This document shows, piece by piece, positions 38,164 to 54,200 of a DNA stretch of 64,000 nucleotides. The notes beneath the pieces are model-generated. The model was not told the origin of the DNA, searched no databases, and worked only from the letters and a program-made list of their open reading frames with translations. Origin of the DNA: Piromyces finnis finn. Lineage: Eukaryota; Fungi; Neocallimastigomycota. Position numbers and translations under genes: made by a program. The stretch lies in NCBI GenBank assembly GCA_002104945.1, contig MCFH01000020.1, positions 1 to 64,000 on the forward strand, given 5' to 3'. Within the stretch, counting starts at the first letter, position 1. Every line of letters begins with the position of its first letter.

Positions 38164-39250
38164 TTATACAACTTCCATTCCACAGCAATTCATACATATA
38201 CCGTATAAACCAATTTCGGGTTGAAAAGAAAAAACTAAATTGCTATTACAGTTGTTTCTGAATTATAAATTTTAATGGAAAGATTAGTTAAAACATATCA
38301 TAAATATTAAGTCATAAAAAAAAAATAAAGTAATTTTATTATATTTCAATTATTTTATTTTTGGCTAATAGTTGTATGAAATGGTATATAAAATATTAAT
38401 AAAATAAGTATTTATTTACCTATGAATAGCTTGTAATTCATTAATTCGTGTTTTGAGAGATTCCAAATTGTACTGTTAAATAAATTATATTTAAATTTCA
38501 AATTAGTTATTTTTTAAGATATTATAATTACATAAATACATAATTACCTTATTAAACATTTCCAAAGAACATTTATTACACTTAATAATTCCCATTTGAC
38601 AATCCTCAAACAAAATTCCACTTTCACACACTGGACATAAAGCTTCATTTTGAAAAGATTCAATGGCATTTTCTAACATTTGATTTTCATAGCTTAATAA
38701 TTCCATATATTCTCTGTCAACCAAATCACTTTCTTTATTCATCATCATTATAATCATTATAATATAATTTATATTATTTATAAATATATATATTTATAAT
38801 ATCATTATTTAATAAATATTTATATATACCATTCTTCATATCCATTTCGATTTCTTCTATTTCTTCTTCTGTTAAACAACCATAATATTCATAGGTTAAT
38901 TTAAATTTGTCCCATTCTTCTTTTAAAATCTTCTTAAAATCCAATGACTTTTTTTTTTTTTTTATTTTATAATATATTATTATTATAAAATAATAACAAA
39001 ATAATAACAATATTTTTATATTATAATTTATTGTATTTAACATAATAATTACTTCATCCGTCATTTCTTCATCATATACATCCATTGCTGAAGTATTTTT
39101 ATTTCTCATTTCCCATATTTTCTTTTCTCTATCTTTTCGTATTCTAGAGAGGCATTGTTGTTGGAATTTTTTATGTATATCATCTTTACGTAGTGCAGAT
39201 TTTATGGGTTTTCTGCTTTTTCTTTCCGAATTTCTTGTCATTCTATGCAT
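38164..39250 (-). CDS. RPA-interacting protein (RIP/RPAIN)-like; multi-exon
   Basis: N-terminal KKFQQQCLSRIRKDREKKIWEMR, acidic middle, C-terminal Cys pairs CPVCESG...CNKC...C...CMNC. GT-AG introns; stop at 38164-38166. Confidence 0.72.
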
Positions 39251-39642
39251 TTTTCTTTAAAGATATATTTAGTTTTATTATTGAAATTAATTCATTATAT
39301 TTATTTGAAATTCTATACTATTATTATTGCTATTATTATAATTCAATGAAAAATAAATATATAAAGTTTTTTTTTTTTTAAAAAAAAAGAAAGAAAAAAA
39401 GCAATGGAATTGAATACACACAATTATTTTTTTACTTTTTTAAAATATATATATAATGAAAGATATTTTTATTATAAATTTAAATTATTAATATTTAATT
39501 TATTTCGAAACACAATAGTAAAAATTAATTATTATTATAAAATGGATATATTTAAAAAAAAATTTTTTTATTCGATTGTATGCTTAATTATTTATATTTA
39601 ATTTACAAATTAGTATATAATTATTATATTCATATAGATTTA

Positions 39643-42622
<2,980 letters not shown>

Positions 42623-44350
42623 AATAACCTATTTGATTATAATTTAAATTGATATCATTATTTTATTAAAAAAATTTTTAGTTAATAGAAAAATTTGTAA
42701 TGAAATTAAAATTATCAAAATTTTATAATTCAAAAAAGATTTATTCTTCAATAAAAATATTAAGATAAAAAAGTATAGATATATAATCCTCTTTGATATG
42801 TATTTATTTATTTGTTTGCTTTTTATATGATATAATTATATAGCATGTATTCATGCATACTAGGTATTGATATAATAATTATAACTAAAGTTAATAATAA
42901 AGTATTTTATTATAATTTAAACTTTATAACTTCACAAACTTAAAACATTAATTTGATATGGAATAATATAATTGTGAAAATAAATTTAATTAATAAATAA
43001 TTTTATTAATAAGGTTAACAAAGAGAAAAAGTTACATTGTAAATATTACAGTTATATAATAAGATGTAAGGTTATGTGAACATATAAAATAAAATAAATA
43101 AAAAATAACTATCTCTAAAACACGAAGATATTACGTTTACAACACTTTTAACACATGTTTATGTTTTTATAATGATATAAGTTTCTTTTATCTTGTAGTA
43201 ATTTAATATTAGTTTATTTATAATTTATTATATTAGGTGAAAAATATTTTATTACTATTAACTTCTCTCTTATTAATAATTTCACTTATAATATTTTCTT
43301 ATTAATTATTAAAGCTCTTCTCTTTCTAATTATTAATTATTTTTACATGAATATTTTTATATTATAAAATTCCTATAATATAATTGAATATCAATTATAT
43401 AATGTAATGTATTCATAATATATGAATAATAATTAAATAGATATAATATATTTTACATTTTATATGAAATATTACTATATAAGGAAAAGTAATGTAATAC
43501 AAATAAGTATTACAATAAAATTAATACTAATATATAATATTAATATATGAGAATATAATGAAATATGTACGTAAATTCTATAATTAATATATACATAATG
43601 TATTATAATATATATCAGTTATTATATTATTATTATGAAATATTATATATAGATTTTTAAATATGAAATTGAATATTTTAAATAATAAAAATTATTTTAA
43701 ATATGGCTAATATGTAGCTAGACATATTAATTTCATATCAATAAGTTAGTCACGTGTATCATGAATATATGATATGGAAAATAAAATTATGTGTCCATAA
43801 ATGTTCCCAATAGCAATATATATATAAATATATATAAATATATGAAATTCGAATAGAAAATAATATTTAAATATAGAAAAATATTTTAACAAATAAAAGT
43901 ATAAATAAAAAAAAATATTTTGAAATTCTTATAATTCAAACCTTTAAATATTTTAATAACTAAAAATTAAAATGTATATTTATTCAAAGAATTAATTATT
44001 TCATATGAAATCATTAAGGCAAACAATAAACTTCAAATTATAATTTTTAAAAACTAAAAATTAAAATTATATAATTTTTTAATTTTTTATTATTTAATAA
44101 GATAAAAGTTGTTATTAAATATTTAAATTATTTAAATATGCCATTACACACAAAAATAGAATATAAATATTCTACAATACCAACTATTATTATTATTATT
44201 TTTCCATTATAAAGGCTTAATAATATATTATTAAAATCATTTAATGCAATAATTTTTAATGATTTTTATGATATTTATAATAAATTTAATTGTATTTTAT
44301 ATTTATTTCTATTTAATATTATTTTAATATATTATTTACATTATTATATT

Positions 44351-47050
44351 TTAATTATTTACACAAGTGTTACTATTATAAGTATTGAAATTATTGAAAT
44401 CTTGATTCATAGTTGAAATGTAATTTGTTTCTATATTTTCTTCATAATTACTATTTATATTAATGGATTTAACATATCTAGATTTAGATTTCCATTCAGA
44501 ATCATCATTTTCAATAAATCCTTTATTGATTTTATTAATAAGTTCAACTCTGATATTTTTCTTTTTAATAAAAGCTAAAATTAATCTAAATCCGTATATA
44601 AGCATGTAATTAGAAATTGAAATAATTAAATATACACATCCACTAATGGAATAATATAAAATATAATTTTTAATTTTTATATAATTAAAACATATAATGA
44701 GAATATGACCAATGATATCAATATATACAACAGATATGAAAAATCTTAAATCATAATATGTTGATTCTATATTCCATTCAATGAAAATGAAGAGTAATAT
44801 GAGAAGAATTATAAATGCAATATAAGACCATTTTAATGTAACGAATACTTTATTTAATGTAGTTTTTGCTTTACATATTTCATAGTTTTTTCCATTATCA
44901 GCATAAACTTCTTCAACAGAGTATGGTTCAATAAGAAGTAACCCATTCCAAGCAATATCTACCAAAATAAATAATAAAAGGAAGAGATATTTACTTTTTT
45001 TTATCAATTTAGATATTATATTTTCAGTAGGGTATTTAACTATTAATTTATATAAAATTGGAATTAGAATGAGGGTAAAACCTAATGAATGAAAAAGTGA
45101 ATTCAAATAACAATTTGTATTTGTAATATTTCCAAAATTAGTGAATGGAATGCATAAAATTAATATGGTTCCAATAACAGATAATATCCAAAAGTCTGTT
45201 GAAAGAAAAGTGAAAAATGGATCGAAATTTTCTTTAAATAATGCTATTAATGAAAAAAACATTAATATAGCTATAGTTGATATGACAATAATGCTAATCA
45301 AGCCGATATAAGAATCCGAAGTATTTATACTAATTTGATATATTTTTGTTAAATCAATAATTTTTTGAGATATTTCTTGTGCTGTTTTATTACCATATAG
45401 AAATTCATATATATAATTTCTATAATTAGCTGAATAACTCTCTTCTCTTTTTAAAAGATATGTGGTATCATTTATTGGTTGCATATTTTTGAATAATTTA
45501 CAATCAGCATCTTTACATGTATCCTCATCATCATACAATGCTTTAATAGCAGTAATTAATTGTCGTTTTCTAAAGTATTCAGTTTGTATATCTTTTGATC
45601 CGATATATTTTAATGCAATAATTGCTGCATCTATTCTTTCCACATCAATTCTTTTATAAATACCTATATTAAATCCTGTTTCTACTGTAGTTGAAACACC
45701 TTCTATTAACCCTGGTATATTTGAAATACTGTATGGTATGTTACTAATATATGGATCATTTAAAATCCAGTATTTTATAAATATTGATTTTCCATTAAAA
45801 AGCTTTTGCAATGAATACATTTCTTCAGAACGAAATTCAGAATCTATAAATTATATTATTATTATTTTAAAAATTATATAACAATTATATACAATATACA
45901 ATTATTAATAAAAAATATTTTTTTTTATCATTCATAAACCAATATATATTTTAAATTTCTCACCAGATGAAATTTCACTTTTAATCCTTTTCATCATTTC
46001 TAATGCATCAATAAATGATTTACTTCCAACCTCCGGATAACCTTCTTGAACGGAATCTCTACAAGAAAAAATAAATTCATAAATTGACTGGGAACCTTGT
46101 TGGCAATCTATTTTTTTTTTAATGATTAGAAATAATAAATATTAATTTAGATTTTTATAATTTTAAAATATTATTTAAAAAAACTTTTATAAAAAAAAAA
46201 AAAAAAAAAAAAAATAATTTTTTAACCATTAAATAATCCATTATATGCTGTTAATTCAGTATTATTTTTCTTTCTTTCTTCGTTTATAATAAATTTACTT
46301 GTATCTATCATTTCATTCCATGTTTTTGGAACTCTTTTATTATACTTATTTAACAGTTCTGTATTTGAATAAAAAACTGTATAAAGCAAACTAATGGGCT
46401 AATTATCATTATATCATTATAAATATGTATTTATCATTTATTTGTATATAAATAAATGATATTGATAAAAAAATTATTTAGATCTAAGATCTAATTGATA
46501 TTATTTACTATTATATTATATATTATAATGTATATAATTACAATTCCAATTAATTTATTATCATATCTACATAATTCAGATATTGTTTTTTGGTCATACA
46601 TATCAATATAATCCTTTGGTAAATAATTACTTAAATCTAATAAATATGGACTATATTTCTGGAGATATGTATTTTCATAAAAATATATATCATATTTATT
46701 ATCGTACTTTTTTAAAAGTACTTCTATCATTTCCCCGTAATCATTAACTGAAGATGAGGTACCCCCAGAAGTTACAACATTTATCTCAATTGTAATATCT
46801 AATTTGTTTTCTATAGAATATTTATTAAATTTATTTATAATTGTTGAATAATATTCTGTGTTTTTATCAAAGAAAAATGCAAGGGCATTTAAGACTAATG
46901 CATTTCCTACATCTTAATATATTTATATTATTAGTTTTATTATAATATAATATACTATTCTTATATAATAACAACATAATAGCTATATTTTAATTTACTT
47001 TGATTTAAAATAGTTATAATAATAAAAAAGAAAATTATTAATCTATTCAT
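44351..47050 (-). CDS. Solute-binding-domain/7TM receptor, gene 2; multi-exon
   Basis: Signal exon MNRLIIFFFIIITILNQ (ATG at 47050); same exon organisation and motifs as gene 1 (KYDIYFYENTY, TPKTWNEM-type, FIEWNIESTYYDLR). Confidence 0.82.
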
Positions 47051-48094
47051 AAAAAAAAAATTTTTTATTTAACCAATTATTCAATTATTGAATAAAAAAA
47101 TATAATTTTTTTTTTTTTTTGATAAATATATAAAAAATATTTGGATTTTTTTTTTTTTTTTTTAATAAAACCTAATTCAAATTCAAAAATAATATTATAT
47201 TTTTTCTTTTTAAAAATAAAATGAAATTATATTTTTAATAAAACTTAAAATTATATAATAATCTTAATAATTTTATATAATAAAGTTTAATATGAAATAT
47301 ATTAATATCAAAGAGTCAAAGAAAACTTTAATGCTATAATCTTTTTTTTTTTTTTTTAGATAGGAAATAAGAAAAATAAATTTTTGTATTATTTTTTTAT
47401 GTATTAATTTGTAATTTGTAATAACAGCATATTTCTAAACTATTAACTATTATACAAAAAGTTATATCACTTAATCGTATTTTCTAATAATATACCTTAT
47501 TTGATTATTTAAACAAAATTATTGTATAAATTTAAGGATTTATTGTTATATAATAATTTTATAAATTATATTTAATAAATTGAAAGAATTTCTTTTTAGG
47601 TGAAGTTTTATTCTAATATCTTCAAATAATCTACATCTATTTTAATTTAACCATTTTTGAAGAATATTAATAAAAATATTATATGGAAAAAAAATATAAA
47701 ATTAAAATATTAAATGTATTAAAATAAATAAAGAAAAAAGACCAGAAAATAAAGAATGGTTTACATGATAAATGTATTATATTATAGAAAATATTCTATA
47801 TATAATATATTTATTTAAAAAAACATTCATTTATAATTAAAATCAATTAAATTAAATGTTTATCCTTAATAATATTTATTTCATATTTATCAATATTTTC
47901 ACTTCAAATATAAAGAACTTTTCATTTATGTTTAGCTCTAACCAAATAATCTTATTAATTACTTTTTATTGTAATCAACAATAAATACCTTTATTTTAGT
48001 AATTTTATATATTTTAGTTTACATATTAATAATTCAAAAATAACAACAATAATGATATAAAAATAAATGAAAATGATATATAATATAAATCATT

Positions 48095-50812
48095 TTATAC
48101 ATTAAGTTTTGAAATATTTCCGATTTCATTAGTCTTTGTAAAACTTAATTCATCAATATCGTCAGAACTTTCATTAGTATCCAATACATAATGATAATTA
48201 ATTACTCTATTAACAAATGTTGATATTGAAAAAGATACTTTATTATTATTATTATCTATATGAATACTATCTATTTTGTCATTGTTACTTTTGTCTTCTG
48301 ATATAACATTTGCTGTTGTAATATAATTTAAACTATCTTTATTAGTCGATAAAGTCTCTGAATCATTATTAATAAAATTCTGATTAATTTTAGTAATAAA
48401 CTGTGACTTTACATTTTTTTTATTTATAAAGGCTAACATTAACTTAAACCCATATAAAAATAAATAGTTTGAAGTTGAGATAGCAATTAAAAGAATTTCT
48501 TGTAAAATAAAATGTAACTTATAGTTTTTAATCTCGATTGTATTTACAAGTATAAGAATTGTCATTAAAAGAAAAGTAGAATATATAGCATTAATAACAA
48601 ATCTTATTTCGTAAAATGTCTTTTTAATGTTCCATTCAACAAAAATTAAAAATAAGGAAATGATTAATACTATAATTTTTATAACAATTCCCAGTGAAAG
48701 TAATATTGCTCCAAGATTATTATCTATCATACATTTCCTGAAATTCCGTATTTCCTTTTCGCTATAAGTGATTATTACTTTAGTATTATAATATGGTTTT
48801 ATATATGAAATCGATGATATAATTATATCAATGATAACAAAAAATAAAATAAAAATATATTTATTTTTTTTTATCAGTTTTGATATTTTGTTTTTCTCTG
48901 GAAAATTGCATATAAATTTATATAATAATGGGCTTATTGTTAATGAATACCCCATAGAAAGCAATAAAATTTGGATTTGACATTTTGTAATTGTTATCTG
49001 TCCTATATCAGTTACTGGAACACATAGTGTTATTACAATTCCCATAATTACCAAAATCCATAAATCCGAAGGCAAAAATTTGAAAAAAGGTGAAAAATTT
49101 TCCCTAAATAAAAAAACTACTGAAAATAACATTATAAATGAAATTATAGAAATAATAATAATACTAATTAATCCAATATAAGATTCAGATGTATCTAATG
49201 TTATATAATATATTCTAGATATATCATCAAGATGATTTATTGTATCTTCAAGTGAAACATTTTCATATAAATACTTTTTAGAAATTGAATAAAACTTTTC
49301 ATCATAATCTGGAAACAAATTCATATCAATTTTTTTATTTTTAATTAATTGAATGCTTTTAAGCATTTCACAATCTTTTACTTTGCATACTTCATCATCG
49401 TCCAATAAATAATTCATTGCAGTGACAGAATCTCCATCCATAAATAACTTTTTTTGAATATCTTTAGAAACTGAATATTTTATTAGTTCAACAGCTGCAT
49501 TAATTTTTTCTTTATCTTTTATATTGATGTTGATACCCATATTAAATCCACTATATGATGAAGTAGACACGCCTTTAAAATATCCGGGAAGTATTGATAT
49601 GTCATAATTGCTCATTACTCTGCTATTATATGGTTCTGCTAAAATCCAAAATTTTAAGAATATTGATGTACCAAGTAGTAATTCCGTAATTGTATAATCA
49701 TCATTTGATTTAAACTCTTCATCTAATATAATTGTATTTTTATTATATTTATTTGTTAATTTATTTATTTATTTATTTTTTTATTTTATTAATCGATACC
49801 TGAAGATATATCTTTCATAAGTTTTTTAATCATTTCATAAGATCTTTTCATTGAATTACTTTTGATATCAGGAAATGGTGAATTTTTCGTATCCCTACAT
49901 GAATATATAAATTCATAAAATGATTTTGCATTCCAATTATCTATTTAATTTTTCAAATATTATATTATTTTTATAAACAATCATTTATAAATAATTAATA
50001 TATAAATATATATTGAATACATATTATAATTATACCATTGAATAAACCATTATATGCTCTTAATTGAGTATTATTTATTTTTTTTTCTTCTTCCAGAATG
50101 AAATTGCTTGTTTCAATTAATTCGTGCCATGTTTTAGGAGGTTTTTTATTATATTTTTTCAAAAGTTCTCTATGTGAATATAAAACTGAATAACTTACAG
50201 AAATCGGCTATTATTTTATTAAAATAAAAAAAAATAAAATTTAAATACAACATTATTCTTAAATAATATTTTATGTTGTATGTTTATATAACATATATTA
50301 ATAATTTAACTCATGATATTACAAGTCCTATTAATTTGTTGCTTTGCATACATTGTTCTCTAATAATGTCTGAATCAAACATTTTTATATAATCATCCGG
50401 AATAAAATCATATAAATTATACAAGTATTGAGAATAATCTATCTTATTAGAATTTTCATAAAAATAAACAGTATATCTATCATCTTTTTTGTTAAAAAGC
50501 GATCCTAAAAATGATTCATAATCATCAGATTTTCCCGTTGTATTTAAATTAGTTAAAAATAGTAGATCAACTTTAATATCTATATTATTTTCCTCTGTGT
50601 ATTTATTAAAATTCCTTATAAGTGATGAATAAAACTGGCTATCTTCACTTACTGCAAATGCTATAGCTGCTATTGTAATCGCATTAGTAATATCTAAAAT
50701 GTATAACTAATTAATAATTACTAATACAGAATAAATATCAAAATAATTTTATTACATAATTACATTTTTCTATATATAATAATACTATTAACAAAATCTT
50801 AGCTATGATCAT
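48095..50812 (-). CDS. Solute-binding-domain/7TM receptor, gene 3 (more divergent); multi-exon
   Basis: Signal exon MIIAKILLIVLLYIEK (ATG at 50812); SBP-like exons; 7TM exon with FFKFLPSDLW and FVEWNIKKTFYEIR. Confidence 0.8.
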
Positions 50813-50910
50813 ATTCTTTTGTTTTTATAAATGGATTCAATAATTCATATAAATATCTAATTGTTTTGATACCATAAATTTTTTTTTTCTAATTTCTTAT
50901 TTCTATTGAA

Positions 50911-50945
<35 letters not shown>

Positions 50946-51220
50946 TTATATATACTTTCAATTTTTTATATTTTTTTTTTAACGGCATCAAATATTTTAA
51001 ACTTTATTATTAATTTAATTAAAATTATAATACATGTAATAAAAAAATTAAAAATAAAAATAAAAATAAAAAAAATATGTTTAAATAAACACAAATGAAT
51101 AAAAATTGGGTATAATGTATTCTAGTAATTTTAATTAAAGTAAGAAAGCCACTATCATACTAAAGTATAATAATTGTATTTGACTTCCAATGGGACACCG
51201 AGCCAAAGATCAAAATTTTG

Positions 51221-54200
51221 TCATGGAACAAAATTATGATCTCCATTGGTTGCGCTGGCCCTCCTGGCCTGTCTTACTGTTTCTTCAGCATTGACGCTCT
51301 TGGATGTTGCTTCAAACCTTTTGAACATTGACCATTGCTGGCCAATAGCAAAAGGCATGATTTTGGTTAGAAGTTCCGCGGTTACCGTCAAGAATGGTGT
51401 TCCTTCGTTAGTACCAGATTGAATCTGACGCTTACAAAGTTCTTTCCATTCCCTTGAATTGTAATTAATATTGTTAAAACTTCTTCCCCCAAGAAGGAAT
51501 TTAAATATTTTACTGCACACACTAGAATAATCATACACATTAATATTCACCGGATTATTAGAACTATTACTATCATTAACTAAATTACTATCTAAATTAG
51601 AATTATTATCTTCACTATTGCTATCATTATTAATATTATTATTTCTATTACTACTATTGTTATTATTACTATTGTTACTATTACTACTATTGTTATTATT
51701 ACTATTGTTATTATTACTATTGTTACTATTACTATTAATGTTATTGCTATCTCTGCTGACATTATCAATTTCATTATTATTGATAGGACTATTGGAATTA
51801 CGTTGATTGAAAAAATTTAATAGATGGACTATAGAATCATAATGTTTAATACGGATATCTCTAAATGTTGGACAATCTAATAACCAATGTTTAATTCTTT
51901 GAACACCACACTTGCAACATGGACAGTAGTTAGGACAAACTGGATCAACAAATTTAGCAACTTTGGCAACTCTAGCATCCAACTTGTATCCGCTTCTTGC
52001 TTTCAATAGCCAGTAGAAGCCATAGGCAAACTCTGGGTACTCATAATATAATTTGATAAAATCTTTAGTTTCAATAAATTTATTATCATCATAATATTGC
52101 GCTTTGATTGAATTCCTTTTGAGATCTTTCCAATAAAAGTTTTTAACTGCTTTAACATCTCCATGTTTCTTTAGTTTTTTATCAAGTGTCCTACTTGATT
52201 TGCACCACGTGTATTTTCTAAATTTAGGAATGTAATTGACAAGGTGTGAGATAATACAATTTGAGTTTTTCCATTTGTTAAAACATCTAACCTGAGCTAA
52301 TGCACATTTGGCTGACAATGGAGGAATATTCAAATCTTTTGAGATAGAGTATAAAGATATAAACGATACAGCTTTATGAACTCCGGCAACCCATCGTATT
52401 CCTTTGTTAACATGCTTCTGAGCAATCCTAGACCTAGCTTTGTTGGATCCAAGTAATGGTGCAAAGTATGAAACTCTGCTGATTACTTGTGAGTTAAGTA
52501 CTAGCTTTTTGAAGGGAATAGGAATATTAGGATTTCTTAAGAATTTACTGACTGAAAAAAGTCCTTTCAAAACCTTGTTATTAAGAGTTTTAATAACTGG
52601 TTTAAGGGACAGATTCTTATCAAATGGAACACCAAGATAAGTATAACAATCAGTAGTTGGAATGGGTTGTCCTGCTAAGTAAAATGTTGGATCTCTCTTG
52701 TTCTGATTTTCTATTGATTCAGGACGAATCACCATCGTTGAACATTTCTGGATACCAAATTCCATTTCATTATACAATGCCCATTCATTAACTCTTCTAA
52801 GCATCTTTTTTAAGCATCCTCTTGTTGGAGCACAAATAACTATATCATCTGCAAAAAGTCCACCACAGCATCGAGTATCACCTAAACTGACTCCTAGATC
52901 TTCGCACTCTTTAAATATATCATTAATAAAGAGATTAAAGAGAATAGGAGAAAGAGGGCAACCTTGACGGACTCCTTTCTTCACATCAAAAGATTTCGAG
53001 AATTGTCCATCTAATTTGACATTAGCCTTAGATGTTAAATATAAATTTTTGATGAATTGTAAACTCTTACCTCGGATTCCTAAACAATCTAATTTATGGA
53101 GAATATTACTGATTGGGACTGAATCGTATGCTTTCCTGAGATCTAAAAAGGCCAAATATGTCTCTTTATTATCTAATTGACGTCTACGGCATATTTCTTG
53201 GATTGAAATGAAATGATTGATACTTTCTTCCTTTTTTCGAAAACCAAATTGTTCAGGTCTAATGAAATTATTCTTTAGACCATATTCTGAGATTTTAGTT
53301 GTGACAATTTTGGAAATCAACTTAATGCCATTATTGATAAGTGATATACCTCGATAGTTATCACAATCTGTCAAATCTCCCTTCTTAGGAATAGAAACAA
53401 TACTGGATTCATTCCAAGAGCTGGGGAAATCTCCATCCCAAATACGGTTGAATAATTTAAGAATAAAATTTAAACCATAAGCATCATTATCTGAAGTGGT
53501 ATTACCGGAAGAATTATTATCTGTAGCATTATTAGAATCATTACTTGATGGAATTAATGCTTTGTAAAATTCAATTGGAATACCATCCGGACCTGATGCT
53601 TTATAATTTGGAGTAGAGAGGATAGCTGACTTGACTTCATCAATACTAATATCTTGGTTGATATCCCATTCATCAAGCATAGGGAGTGAAAAACGTTTAT
53701 TCGTTGGTTCTTCATACCAATGCTCCAAATCAAGACTTACACCACTTGGATCTGATGCAAGATTTTCGAAATGATCATGCCACACTTCTAGTTGTTCTTC
53801 TGTAGCAACAACTAATTCTCCATTTTTATTTTTAATTGGTTGAGCAATAAAGAAAGAATCTTTTCCAATTTTTGCAGTCTTCTTGATCCATTTCCAGGCC
53901 TTCTTAGGATTATGACTCTTCATATACTCACATCCTGTTTTAATCCAATGAAGATATTCTTGCTTCCTAAATTCATTACATCTTTTGTGGATGTAATCAA
54001 TGAGCTTACGGTAGATTTTAATTCTTTTAATAAATTCATCTATATCATAAATTCTTTCTTTTTTAAATCTCTTATACAACTTCATTTTGATTTTTTGAAG
54101 ATTAAAAATTTGTTGTGAAATATGAAATGAAGACTTTATAACATTATTTGCTGAGGTAATACTGAGCTCGTCTGCAATTGAAAAAGCAGTTGAAGTAAAC

